From: Rhynchobatus australiae
Taxonomy: Eukaryota
Assembly: GCA_034780895.1 (NCBI GenBank)
Contig: JAUZTB010000072.1
Coordinates: 13,789,150-13,853,149 of the forward strand
Direction of reading: 5' to 3'
DNA length: 64,000 nucleotides
Shown here: one piece after another, positions 27,201 through 42,200 of the stretch
Numbering within the stretch: the stretch's first letter is position 1
How the letters are laid out: each line of letters opens with the position of its first letter
Notes under the pieces: generated by a model
Told to the model about the DNA's origin: nothing
Databases searched by the model: none
What the model saw: only the letters and a program-made list of their open reading frames with translations
Translations under genes and position numbers: made by a program

Positions 27201-30200
27201 CTTCAATGACTCTGCTTCATTGTACAGTAGAGTCGTACAGCACGGAAATAGGCCATTTTGCTCAACTCTTACATGCCAGCAAGATTCAATCCAAGCTAGT
27301 CCCATTTGCCTGAGTTTCTATTGTGAAAAGATAACGATTTCAGGAATTATAAAATTGAATGAAGGCAAAAAAATAGCACAGCAGCATAGTGCATGGCTAT
27401 AGAAGAATGCCACAAGCGCTGGGTTTAGATTTAATTCTGAGTTCTATATTCCTGTATGGTTATCTTTAAACAGCTCCTCACAAACTAAATCAAGCAGCTT
27501 ACCGAAACTCAGGAGGTTACCACTGCCAGGTGCAGCATCGGAATTATAGAAATAGATTCTTAGTTATACAGCATCAAGGCTGCTTCAAAGTCAACAAAAA
27601 TACTCAGTGTTAAGAGCTTGATCAAATGCTTTGAGAAGTGTGCCACCAATTTGTGCATAGCATGCTGTGACAAACAACAATGAGACTGCCTAAATGTTCT
27701 CTTTTAAATGAACAGTGACATTGGTTGATATAGCAATTTTGGACATTCTGAAATGGTACCCTGGAACATTATATCCATCTGAGAGGGGCTGTGATTTAAT
27801 GACTCATCCAAAAGACAATATCGTGGACATCAGAACACACTCTGGGAATCATTAGAGTATAAGTGTACATTGTGGACTCAAGACNNNNNNNNNNNNNNNN
27901 NNNNNNNNNNNNNNNNNNNNNNNNNNNNNNNNNNNNNNNNNNNNNNNNNNNNNNNNNNNNNNNNNNNNNNNNNNNNNNNNNNNNGGACTCAAGACAAATC
28001 CAAAACCTATTCACTCAAAGGTGGGAGAGCTACCAACTTAAAATCTAATAATTAAGAGGTAAACTAAACAAAATAATGTGAAAGTTAGTAGCCAACTCTA
28101 CTCGAAGTTTGAATCAAACTGAAGGTTAACATTTTGTGAAACTCCTATCCCTCTGTAACCTCCTATTAAGGTCCTGAACATTAATGACTAACTGACCTGA
28201 TTACTTCAAGTTCTGTGGTATTTTCGGTGGTAACCTGGATATCTGATGTGTTCTCCTCTCCCTTGGATTCAGTGCTTTGCATTGCATTATCTTCTGGTGT
28301 ATGTGGAGATTCTGTTTTCTCACTATTAAAAGGGTTATAGCGCAGGGTTGGGCTCCTTGTGTTCAGCTTGTTGTTCAATGGTAGACTCTCTGAGGTTCCA
28401 GATCGAGGGCAGCTGCTAACCGTGTCTGTCAATTCACCCTCTACAGAGAACAAAATGAAAATACAGAGGTCAGTGTTTCTCAGATTACTTTTTAATTGAC
28501 TGAATATATTTTTCTTAAAATTAATAAATTGCCAGAGGAGCAATGAGAATTGGTTATTTGAAGCAGAATTTAAAAAAAAATTGATGAATCAGTGTACAGT
28601 CAAAAGCTCAAATTCAGGGACCTCCTGGCACAGTTTAGAACTGTACCTGTAATCCTACACAATCATAAGGGCACTTATTTAACAGCAGCATTCACTGCAT
28701 GTGATTATAGTAGCTACTCACAATTGTAGAATTCATAATAAATTTCCTGCTTTAATTATTTTGCTCTGAGAAAGAAAATCCCTATTTAAATGCAATACCT
28801 TGAGAGCTTAGTTGCATTGCAGGTGGAAAACTATATAATAAAGCAATTTGGTCTCCGATAAAATGTTTTGCAGTTGGGCAAGGGTGAAAAACCAAAAGGC
28901 ATAGCTACCCAAAGTTCAGCAGCCTCTGCTTACCTACTTCCCTTAATTAGAATCCGATTTGAATAAACTTTATATTCATTTACTTCAAGTAAAAGGTTAC
29001 AGAGCACCTGGCTGAGTACTTCTGGTTTTAAATCCAAAGCTCTTACCGCAAAGTGGTGCGGCTAGTAGAGATGCAGCCTCACAGCTCCTGTGACCTAGGC
29101 TTCACTAGGGCTGCCTGTGTGGAATGTAGAATTTGCACATGATCCTTGCAATTTCATGGGTTTCCACTGGGTACGCCAGTTCCCTCCACATCTAAAAGAT
29201 CTGCAAGTTGGAAGGTTAATTGGCCACTGTAGATTGCCTCTGGTGTTTAATGAGTGGTACAATCTTAGTTTTGTGTGTGGGGTGGGGGCAGGGGGAATGA
29301 AAGGGATTAGTGCTAATGGGTGCTTCATGGTTGCCGTGGATTTGATGGGCTCTGTCTCCACTGCCGTAACAAGGTACTCAAAGAAAGTCCTATACATTTA
29401 TGACTGCCATAATCTGACGGTTAAGAAAAGGAGAATCAAGAGGTTCTGGACTACTCGACCTTCTCAAGCCAGTGGCTATGATGATACTAACAAAACCTAA
29501 AAAGGACAGGTAAGCAACGGTACATACAAACATGCATTACTCAAGGAAAATAACTTACTAAAAATTACATCTAATTTATCGATTGGAATCTGATGCAACC
29601 TTTGAACATTTGACACAAGTTGGGAATTATNNNNNNNNNNNNNNNNNNNNNNNNNNNNNNNNNNNNNNNNNNNNNNNNNNNNNNNNNNNNNNNNNNNNNN
29701 NNNNNNNNNNNNNNNNNNNNNNNNNNNNNNNNNNNNNNNNNNNNNNNNNNNNNNNNNNNNNNNNNNNNNNNNNNNNNNNNNNNNNNNNNNNNNNNNNNNN
29801 NNNNNTTTTTCATGACCTGAAACATTGACCGCCTGCTTTTCTCCACAGATGCTGCCTGGCCTGCTGAGTTCCTCCAGCATCATAATGTGACTAAAATATG
29901 TTCTGATAACCTGAATGTGAGCTTCCAATTAATATCATTTTGACATTTTAGTATAACATCCCTTGTCTTTGGTGCCAAATAACACAAACCATTTACTTTC
30001 CTCATCTGGAGCTGGTCACACTAAGCCCATGAATGAAGTAGATCCAGTAGAAATAATGATGGCAATTTAGCAATTAGAAATAGTACAACAGGAGAGATAC
30101 TGCCTGTGATGATGGGAATGAAGTTTAGGGGGGTAGTTACATAGACCTTTTCCAGGTAGCTCATTCTGGGAAGGAGTCATCCAACTGAAGAATATTTTGC

Positions 30201-33200
30201 AATAAATCATGGGTTGACAGTGGTCACTGGGGGGGGTATTGAGAAGATCCAGTAAAACCTCAAGGTTTATAAATCTTAAAACCATCATGACATGTGAAGT
30301 AAGTTGGTGAACTCCTCCCACCCCACCAAAAATAAACATTGACTGAATTGCAAAAGGAATGCCAACACTTGAAAGGTAAACATTTGGCTTGGACTAAATT
30401 GGTTGCTCTTTCAAACTAATGACAGCAAATCCATTAAAGAAATGTTAAAAGAGACCATTAAAGGAAAGTGGGCAGACTATCTTTTAAAATTCATTTATGG
30501 GATATGGATATCACAAGGCCAGCATTTATTGCCTCTTCCTAAATGACTTTGAGAAAGTGGTGGCGAGTTGCCTTCTGGAACTGCTTCAATCCTTTTACTC
30601 TCATGAACAATGAAAGAACAAGGGCATATTTTCAATCAAGAAGATACACGACTTGGGAGGGAATCTGCAGATGGGGGTGGGAGGTTGTCTCCATGTGCTT
30701 GCTGCCCTTGCTCATCTTCATGGTTTAGGAAGTGCTGTTGAAACAGCCTGGGTGAATAACTGAAAAGCATTTTGTAGATGTACTGATGGATTGCAGCCAT
30801 CGTGGAGGGGAGTAAATATTTATAGTGATGGATGGGGTGTAAATCAAGCAGGCTGCTTGGCCCTGGATGGTGCAGAGTTCTTCATGTTGCTGGAATTGCA
30901 CTCAAGGAAGATCTCAACCCATTTATGACTGCTTTGATCTGACAGGTGATAAGGAGGATCAAGTATGTCCACTTTGGACTACTCAACCCTCTCAGGCCAG
31001 TGGCTATGATGATCTTAAAAGTACTGAAACTTAATAGACAGTATTCCATCATACTCCTGACCTGTGACCTGTAGATGGTAAAATGACTGAGTCATCTTGA
31101 GATGAACTACTCACTACAGATGGTGTTCAGGTTACACATGGTTGGGTTTCCAGAGTTTTAGACAAAAGATCTATAGTAGACGCAAAACCAAGTCTGGGGT
31201 CAATCCAAATTACAAATAATTTCCCCATTGTCCTAAAAGTGATTCAAAGCCAAAATCATTATCAGTGGCAATCAAATCACACTATTCAATATACATCAAA
31301 ATTTTAGTAATGGGTATTATGTTATAAATGAGACCAATAGGAGTGACAGGTTTCCCTAAGCAAACCTGTGCCAAAGCATGTAGTACATCTATTTAAATGA
31401 ACCTTTCCCAATGAGTATCAGATTCTGGTTACTCCTTACAGTTGTCTGGTGCTGTGACATGGAATTTAAAATTAAAAGAAAAACATTCTTAAAAGGTGAG
31501 GAGAATTACATTAATTGCCTCCTCAGGAAAAGGAAATTGCAGTGAAGCTTTCTACAAGCCAGCCAAATTATACCAGATCTGACCATAGTATGAAACCCAC
31601 CACCTTATTATGGAGCATTCACATTATAGCTTTCAGTTCACAATAGTCAAATATAATCTGCTTTTCTGTCTGACACACTCCCAAATGCAAACATACACAA
31701 CCACTGGAAGCAGCCCTGGCAGGCATGCAGTGAGTCAGACAGACAGGGTTAGGGACAGAGCATGCAGCAGCCAGCAGAATGTGAACACAAATCTGAGAAA
31801 GTCCCACCTTCCCAGTCAGTGCTGGGTATGGACTGTGCTGCAGAAAATACATCTCCAAAATCATAATCTATAATTGAAGGAAGAGAAAGAAAAACAAAAC
31901 AAAAATCGGTAACGGTGCAAACCATTGTCAAATAGTACATGAAATCCCCGTCTTATAAAAAGGTAGTGAAAACATCCATGGCAATTTCACCATACCTACA
32001 GATAAATTCCACATTCAGATTTCCCCTTCAACATCTCTTATCATGTGTTGATGCACAAAATGTTCCTGAGGAACTGGGGATGATGCTTCTTTCGTTTCCA
32101 AGAACTTTGGGTTTGAAACCAGACCAGATGGTTGAAAGTTCTATTAGCTGACCTCAACTCAATCCTTAAGCAAAATTGTTCCTAACTGGCAATCTCACTT
32201 AGATCAGAAATTGAAAATGACACACTATTTTGTTTCAGATGGAAGGATTTTACTCTGCATCTAACCTGATGATAGAGAATTAAAATTAGTAAAAGCACCA
32301 TTTCAAGCACTAAATATCTCATCTTGACTAGTACAGAAGTCACTGGAGGGGGAAAAAAAGAATCAAACAAATAAATAAAATGCTGCTGTTTATTTGGAAG
32401 ACAAAGTCTAAAAATATGCTGCTGAATATCAGTTTCCTTCTACACATACTATTTAGGGCAAGTCAGCTGAACTGCCTTACAGCCTAACAATGCAGATTAT
32501 TACTCAATTCATCTGTTGCTGGCAACCAATTTTCTATCATATCAGTATAACATTTAAGTACCTAACCTCAACATCTGACAATACATTCCAGAATCCATAT
32601 ACAACCTCCCCTTTAAACAGTTGTAAAAAAAATCAGAGCTGAAATTGGCTGACATAGGTCCAATATACTTTGCCTCTGTCTCCACTGAGCAGTGTGAGTG
32701 GTAAATAATGTTATTGGGTACAGTTCAGTTAACTACAACTTTTACCGTAATAACTTAGACATTGCATTCCAGAGGTATTAAAATGATGGAACTCAAACAC
32801 ATCAGCGTGAGTAGCTACAGCACAAAAACTGTTGAGTCAGCACCTTCACAACAGAAATTTGAATCCTTGCTCACAATGAACGATATCCCAAGAATGAATT
32901 TTAAAAAATGAAATGGAAAAATGCATGCATAATCAACACGTGCAGCAGTTTATGTGCACATGCACTTTTTACAAAAGCTTCAGATAGGAGGATTACAATT
33001 ACATAATCAACCTAGGCATCTCAAGCCTTGAGATAGTGCAAAGTTGATTGATTATTCACTGCAATTAATCCACCTTCACTTTTTGATTCCTATTCTAAAA
33101 TTATTAACTCACAATAACCAAAAGCCCCACAGGTACACATCTTTCAGCCCTGCACCCACAGTCTTTCACATGTGCACAGGCAGCATATTCTATCAAGGAT

Positions 33201-36200
33201 GGAGTAACAACTGCAGTATTACACTGCTTTTCTTAATAGAGCAACAATTAAAAATTTCTGAGGAACTGCTCCAATTCATCAGATTTACTTAATACAGGAA
33301 CTCTAATATGAAAGGCAATAACATAGGAGGAACTCATCCTTTGGGAGAGACATTACCTGACTTTGTGTAAAGGAAAAGATTCAGTAACTAAAACATTGGC
33401 TTGTATTCATTTGACTGATGTTGGTTGTCCTGATGAGGGCTCTGCTTTTTGGAGTTGGCATTGAGCTGTTTTCCCCCACCCTCGACCTCAAAAAAAGTTT
33501 GCTCTGCATCTCCCTGTCTAAGCTCACAGAAGCTGGTACATACCTGAGAGTGGCCCTGTTAGATTGCTGTCCCTCCAACGCACTGCAGGAACAAATGTAA
33601 AGATGTTCACACCAAACAGAGACTGGCAATGGGATATGCCACTTTATAGCTTTTTATTTCCTTTTAATAAGAAATTGTAGATTCAAGGATTTTGAAGAAC
33701 AGGTACTTGGCACAACTGAACAGGTGTGTACGATTTCATCTACAAAGCAGGGAACAATCCACACACAGTTGTAGATTGACATCTCAATCTCTTGTGCCAG
33801 TCACTTCTTTCAGCTTCCTCATTTTCCTCTATATAGTGTCATTCACACCCATTATAGAGTTGACAATTTCCCAAATTAAAGACTTTCAGCAACAAGAATA
33901 TTCAGTTCTCTTGTAATCTTCAACATTTGATTACGACTTTCCTTTATCTTTTCAAATGATTGATTTGTTATATTCCCCTTTTGTTCTGTTACAGTTTACA
34001 AACATACCCATTCCTGCTTTGATATGCCAAATACTTTCCTTTCACTAGATCAGAAACACCAAGGATCAAATACAACACAAAAAAAAACTTCTGACTAATG
34101 CTACATTAGCATCATGATATTGTATTCTGAGAGCAGCAATATCAACTGCAGCATCTGGCAAGCCAGATAGTGACTAGAGTTCAGGGTAGGTTATGATGTA
34201 TAGGATACTCCCTTTCCATTTTTATGGAAGTGACTGTTTTAGTTGTTGCCAGCAGAGTGCATAGGTTGTCACTACAGACACTGTCAGAAGATTGGCCAAC
34301 ACCATGCTTTTGCTGGTGTGTAGTGCCTAATGTTAACCATCCTTAGGTTGACATTTATTCTCACTACAAATTGACTACAATCTTAGTTTTTGTTTTGAAT
34401 ATTCACACACAGGATAGACATTGCACACAAGGTCAGCATTTAATTTCTTTCCTTAAATGCTACTGGCAAGTTGCTGGTTAATTGCTCCAGTGCTTGTGAT
34501 GAAGGTACTCTTGCAGTACCTAGGTCTTGACCCAGCAACAGTAAACGCCCAAGCCAAGATGACAAGCTATTTCACATTGGAAACTCCTGTTTTAGGTGGA
34601 ATTACAGCACACAAATCAAAAGACAAGACATACACAGTTAAATGTTGAAAGCATCAGAAAGATCAAGAGAATGGCCTGATATCAACATTTTCTCTACCCC
34701 AACACTTGGCCTTCCAAACCTGCTTCAAACAGTAGTGGACTCTATAATTCTGCAATCCTGGTTAAAGTTCTATGCGACAACATTTCCATAGGCTGCAGTG
34801 ATGTGTCAAAGTGTGTAACTGGCGTACTTTGTGGGTTGAGGTGGTTGGCCTGCCTGAAACATTGTTGTGATGGTAATGCTGCACTCATTTTGTAGAGGAA
34901 AATTTCTTGACAGTGTAAAGAATGAATCTCAACTTGAAAAAGGTTTTCTAGTTCCAGTGATTTGCATAGCTTGGACTGTACAAAACCCAGAAAAAAAATA
35001 AAGAATTTTTGTTACAGCTTAAAAATAGATTGTTGTATTTCATCACTGCACAGGTATGGATGCCACTATCTAATGGCAAATGGACAATCTGACACTCCAT
35101 CTTTTACACTATTGACTTGGTGGTCTTGTCCAAGGACAGTACAGCATTTGGCAACCCTGTATAGTATTCCCGGTTAATATGCATATCCAGTGCTTAGTTA
35201 ACTGTTCTGTAGAGCACATAGTAAGCACACTAAACAATTCCTAAGATATACTCTCACAAATTCTGAGAGAAATCTCTATTTAGCATAAACTCGTAATTCA
35301 ACAAAATCACATTTGTAGTTCAAACAAGTTTCCAGAAGCAAACAAACCATAACTCAGTTTTCCACAGGACTTGTATCCACCATGAAAGACTCGTGCATGA
35401 TACCAGAACACAGATGCAAGTTTTGTCATAAGCAGCCTGGGAGATAAAACATTATAACCTATGCCTGTAGTAAACTACCTCCCATTTGCCTACAGGTCCT
35501 CCCTAGATTACAACAGGATTCAGTTTCTGAGAATGATTTATAACCCAAACAGTTCGCAAGTTGTATGTGGCAGCCTGGCAACTTATTTAAATATAAGCAT
35601 AGGCCAAACAAGGGCAATGTGTAGTTAAACCAGGGTGTTTAACTCAACCATTCAGATATTGTTGCAAACAGAGTTCCCACATGGCAGAAGATGCCTGTCG
35701 CCAGCAAATCTATTCCCCCGGTCTTGCAAACGCTCACTCATATGTATGGTTTGTATATAAGAAGGGCGTTTGTAGCCTGGGAAGAATCTGGACAAACTAT
35801 TTCAATTGAAAAACCACAACTTTTATGCAAACTGCATGTGCTTAACCACACAGGTCCCACAGGAAATACACAAGCTGCTTATCGATCTATGCGCATGTTT
35901 TGAATTCATAAAAGGCCATATATCTGAGAGATTCACTTATCATAACACTCAATATATGAAGAGTGTTGAACAAGACAGCAAAAAGCTTACTTTTCATTAA
36001 GGTATATATACATTTTGAATATTATTTTGTCAACTTGTTCAGAGTTATTTTTGTTGCACATGCATTTCCCCTTGTTCATCAGGTTGGAAATTAAACCTGT
36101 GATCTCTGCTGATGATAGTTTCTTTAAAGGTTTTACTAAACAACGGTTGAAGAAAAATCCTTCATTTCCTCTATGGAAATGCAGAATATGAATAAGAATT

Positions 36201-39200
36201 AGAATCAATAACCCTTCATTTATCTTCACTCCTGAAGATACAGACTCTCGATGCACTTGCCACTTTGTTCCACTCAGATGCCTAGACTGCAAGTATCAAT
36301 AGGCTTACTCTGTTACAAAAGACATTGCAGACACAACTATTCTCATAATGCACAACATTCATTTTGAAGTACTGGTCAGGTATTCCCAGTCACCAAATCA
36401 GAAGTGAGGCTGGCACTTAGAAATTTATAGTGTACCATCTGTTCTGCCCAAACCCTCATCAAAATCAGTGTGGTGCTCAAGTGTACAAGTGCATACAAGG
36501 GGAAGGTGTTTGCAATTAGATTTAAATGTTCTATTTTGTTCTAGCAAAACCCCAAGACTTACCCTCACTGGAGGGTGCGATGGCACTATCATCCCATTCT
36601 AGATTAGTGGAGGTGACAGAGTTGTATGAATTGAGTGAGAGGCTGTCAGAACCGTGCACAGAATTGGGCAAACGGTCTTCAAAATCTAGCAAGTGCTGTG
36701 GCTTGTAATATTCAGGCATGTATGGCGCCAGGTCGAGGTAGGGGACATCCTAGAATCAGAAGAACAAACAGAAGTTGCATGATGAGTGGACAGTGGCAAT
36801 AATCTAAAACAAAAATCTTAGTGTTCTTGTGAAGATCAAATTCAAATATGAAAACAATTTTCTTGCACTCCAAAGCACTGGTTCTCCAGAATGAAAAGCA
36901 TAGGGTACTTTCTACTTGGGGATAATTTGCTAACATTTCACATTTAAAAACAAGCAGCATTACAGACTATCAGTATATACTGATATAAAACGGAAGGCAT
37001 TTCAGTTCATTAAATGTGGGCTTTCCACAGACTATGTACAATCACTGACACCATGTAACACAATGAACCTATTTTTACTCTAAACAAATCTCATAATTTA
37101 TGCTGGCTATTAATGCCTGCTTCCTGGTCAGCTACAAGTAAAGTTACACTTGCTTTGAATCACTAAATTTAAGCAGCAAGGTTAAAGCAGTTCTTCATAA
37201 ACATGCTTCTAGGTTGAAAACAGCTCTGTGAAACTCTACATCAGGAGCGATCTGGAGCAAAGAAAGTCTTAGCGCAACCAGGAACTGGCAGATCTTTGGC
37301 ACACATTGCACTGATGCACTGGCATGCATCTATTATACATTTCCAATCATGACAAAGGAGACGGCCATTCAACCCAATGTGCTCTGTGCTGGCTTTTCAC
37401 AATTACCCCCAACTCCCCTACTGCTTCCTCATAGCCCTAAAAAAAATTACACCAAGAAAAACATTTCCTTGCTTAATAATCACTGACTTCATTCACTTGT
37501 TCTCCACATAAATGTCCAAATTAATGATTTACATTATTCCTTTCAGTGCTTTAAAGGAGACATTTTTCTTACCAGCTCCAACTCAAATCGGATAAATTCC
37601 AGACCAGAAACAAGTGTGAGGAAGAGGGTCAGGTGATCATGACTACAGACGAGGGCATTCCTTAGGATTTGGAAGAAACAAAACAGTAAGATACCACAGA
37701 TCAAAAGACCATTATCCGCTTTGTAAAAAGGGTATTTACATACGCTTTCTAGTGGGGATTATAAGCAAACTGAACAAGCTACATTTAGGACAGTACCCAT
37801 ATTGTTTGATTTACAACAATATAGTAGTTGGGGAGGTAGTAATGATATAATTTTGCGACTGGCAATTGATATTTACAAGTATGCTTCTTCAAAATCTTTA
37901 AAGATGACTAAGAAAGTGCTTGGCAAAATGAGGAATTGCCAAGATGCTTCACTTCACATTGAAAATACAGAGCAACCACTATTAGGCTCACTTAATCAGT
38001 ATAATTTTGTTTTGCTATTCAAATTAAAATACTATGAATCTGATGTCAATGGAATATTTTGTTTGACTTTAAGATGATTATTTCTAACTTGCTATTCTGA
38101 ACAAAGAACCTTTTAACTTCCTCTTCAAAAGCCTGTCTTTGTAGCCTTCAGAGGATCCAACAACTGAAGTAGAATTGCTACAAGAGCCCCAACCAAATGC
38201 CTGGCACTAGACACCTCAACACAACATTGCACTGGGGAACATGCTTGCAGAACCTTCAAGTTAGACTTGGCCCAGGATCTGCAAGAAAACACTTTNNNNN
38301 NNNNNNNNNNNNNNNNNNNNNNNNNNNNNNNNNNNNNNNNNNNNNNNNNNNNNNNNNNNNNNNNNNNNNNNNNNNNNNTTTTATGTTTATAATTATTTAA
38401 AAGTTCAATTGATTTATTTTCAATAATTAATTTCATTGTTTGATGTTTAATATTTTAAGGATCCTTCTGAATACCTAGGACCTTCAGAAACTTCAAAAAA
38501 AAACCGACAGCTTCACAGATAAGTTGGGGCTTTGGCTTTGCCATCTATCAGAGCATTACTTGCAGTTCTGCGATGCAACATGTTCTGTTTTGCTGAGGTG
38601 ACACAATAATGACTGCAAGATCTTGCTGCCACAGAAGCCCTTGCCAAACATGTCTTGGAAGCTTTCGTCCAGGAGATTCAGTCTTATGGATGAGAATCTG
38701 GTAATTGCTGATGACAGCTTTGAGCACAAAGTGTTTTCTGCAAGTTTTGGGCCTTAATATTCCAATAAGGTAAAAATTATAGAAACAAAATATATATATA
38801 TACAGTTAACAGAGCAACTCTAGCTTCAACACCTTAAAATGGCTGCTTAGGGTATTAACTCACAGTGGAAAAGTGTGCACAGTCCATGCATTCTCATCAG
38901 AATAATTCCTGTAAGTATTGTTATCATTCCAAACTGCACATACTTAAAAGTTCTTACCTAACCAGATCTCTCAAACACTGACTGAGGCTTAAGACAACAC
39001 TGATGAGCACGCCTTCACACACACCCATCTCCTACCTTGTGGCATAATTTGGCAATCCCCAATGATGTACATTGTACCTTTCAGACAAGTAACAATAATT
39101 TGACTTTCCTTTCTTGCTGTGACCCCATCCTCGAGTTATTCCCCCAAACACTATGCTCTTAATTCTAGTCTTTCCTCAAAGGAAGAAATCTTCAAAATTT

Positions 39201-42200
39201 TTCATAGCAAGCCTGATAGGCAAAATGGCCTACTTTTCCTCTGAATTTTTAATCATGTGTTCTCTGCTGAGCTCTTGCATCTGTACTTTTTTAATCTGAT
39301 GAACTGTCATTAATCCATTCCAGAGTCACCTGCTGTAGGTTTTGATAATTCCACTTGCTCAGACTGAGATGGACTTACTTGAAGTAATACTTATGAAGCA
39401 GGGTCTGATTTTCCCAGAATAACCTTAAGTAGCTCTCTAATGAATTCTCATTTAATGCGAGATACAGCCAGGCTCGACCTGAGAGGAAAAATAGACAATG
39501 TGAAAAATACAAAAATGGAATTAGCTGGGTCTGCATTAGAACTACTGTAATGAGGGGTATTTAAAAAGAAGTCCACAGTTCCTCTTTCTAATCTGCTATG
39601 AAGATACTGTGTGTGCACTGCTTAACAACAGGACCATACATGGTTGTGACAGCTTTATGATGGAGTAGTCATAAGATGACAAGGAAAGAGGATGAAAGAT
39701 GACTAGGAAAAAAACTATAACCAAGGAGATACAAGTAGTTCAATTTAAAAATTAATGCTACAAAATCAAATTTATGATGTAGATTAGATCTATATTTAGA
39801 GCACAATACTCACTACGACCAAGATTTGTGGCAACATGCCGTAACACCTCAATCTGATTCACTGCTTCACTGCGTGTAAAGTGCACGACCAACACCCAAT
39901 ATCCCGAGGAAATATCCTGCAAACTGAATGGAGGTAGAATAAGATAACAAAGAGCATTCCACAACATACTAAAAATGTCATCTAGTTGGAATACCTGAAT
40001 TACTATATGGAAGAGTAATTGTCAAATTTGTATAAACATACAATGAGAGCAGACTGGACCTGCATACCTTGTGCATTGTTCAAATTGTAGAGGTATCAGC
40101 TAGAACATTCAAATGTTAGAACTCAACCCCGAGTGTAAGCAGTATTCACTGGAAATAACTTAATTCACTGATCAATAATGAAAGATCAAATTAGTCAACA
40201 ATAACATCAACTTCAAAAGAAAAAAAAGAGCTGAAAGTAGGAACTCCCATTGAGGAAAACAAAATGAACCCGATTTGAAAAGTGCACTGGATATGCAGGT
40301 CTGGTTTTCTCTCATTGTGTGTTTATATAAACCTGGCAATTATTTTTCCATGCAGTCATATAATAAATCAGGAACACTAACCACATAAAAGATTATCTAT
40401 TGTTAGTATAGTTCAATTGGGTATGTTGCTAGTGAAAATTCAGAATGTAGTTATCACAATGCAGACTGTAATCACTGCATTCCTGCAAAATTGAGTTATT
40501 TTGTGTGATGTTTTCCCGAGGATTACACACCATACCATTTTAGTGTCCATCAACTAATACCGAAAGGTCAATTTGGATTAGAGTTTTATAGGATTCACAC
40601 TGACTTTTTAAAAAGGGCAAGCTTCAATTTAGCAAATGTCTATTAGAAAATTGGATGCCATCTCTTAAGTGAATGCAATGAAAATTTGTCCTACAAGAGA
40701 AGTAAATGATGCAACTTGCACATGGGTTCAATGTGTACGGGACAGAGGTTTGCAATCAATGTTAAACTTTCCTCGGCACAATCAGAAATGAAAGTTATGT
40801 TGCAATTTCCACTGAAGGACTATAAAATCTCAAATGCAAGAATCAGGAGAAATAGAACCAAGGCCTGCTAGCAGAAATAACAAAATCATAGCTATGATAG
40901 ATGACTAAATGATGTTAACGTGCAACAAACAAGGTGTTTAGGTCATCACATAATGTTTTTATTTCTCTTATTTTGCTACATTTCTGGGCATTAATTATTT
41001 TTGGCAGGATCTTTCTAAAGATAATGCACAGCTGGAACCAAGGCATGAAGAAACTATGCACTAATGTAAGCCAATGATTTTAACTGTATTTATCTCCTCG
41101 TTTTGTTCTGTAAAGCTATTTATAGCTAAGGAGGATCTAATCATCTACTGAAGTGATCAATTCCTGGCTGAATTTCAAATAGAGAGGGAACTATATCCAG
41201 GATGACGTCACTGTAGTTCAATTCTTTTTGTACCATTAACTCAATCCTTATGTTAAGGTAATGTGGAGATTTCACACAAGTTTTACGTTATGGATGTGGA
41301 TACTGGTTCCGGACTTTAAAAAAACATTTAGTATTATGTTACTAAATATGTTATTATGACAGCAGACATCACACACAAAGGCACATTCCTGCTTCTAGAA
41401 AGCATGAATTTGGTCACATGCAGAAGAGAAATCAGAATAAACCTGAACCCAACTGTAATCTTATCCAAAGATTGTACATAAGAAATGATCAACTACTTTG
41501 GTATGTACTAAGCACTGTGACAAGATCCTATAAGTCCTATCAAGTTCTTCCTTACCCATATAGCAGGGCATGGTCCAGGTGTTCACACAACCTTTGTAGA
41601 ACTTTGTCATGGTTTCGAATTGCTGGCGTTTCATCTTCACAGGCAGCAAAGTAACCCTGCAGCTGGGGTGGGAATTAAGAAGAATACTGAGGAAACATCT
41701 TTCCACACCAACACAAAAAGAGGAGAGCCAGTGCTTTCATGATAACTTAAAAACAGGCTGACCATCAACTCTTAATAATGGGAATATTTGGAAAAGGTGT
41801 TAAATTTGAACCCTTTGAAATTTAGTGACACACTTCTAACTTTTTTTTATTCCAAAAAGGACTCAATAATGTACAATGAGCAGCTATTTCAATTTACTCA
41901 GAGAACCAGACCATGAGAATAACAGCCTATTTGCCAATACAGGCTAGTCTTCACATGTCTTTGAAAACATTATTTCAGTGTGCGAGTGGTTATAGAGAAG
42001 CAGTTTTGTGGTGATGATGGAAGCAGGTTGTTTTTTTAATTCTTGGGAATGATTCAATTTAGAAAATATATATATTTGAATAGGACATGTGGTAAATGAG
42101 GATAAACATGCCATTCTTGGAGGGAGGAACAAAAGCCAGTGATTCGGGACTTAAGTGGTGCATTCCACTACTGAGTTCTCTCTCACGTCTGGTTCTACTG

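Noticed and set aside
38520-38745. Stop-free minus-strand stretch in intron 4 (LNLLDESFQDMFGKGFCG...) with a donor-like end
   Set aside because: No phase-compatible acceptor and no recognisable homology.
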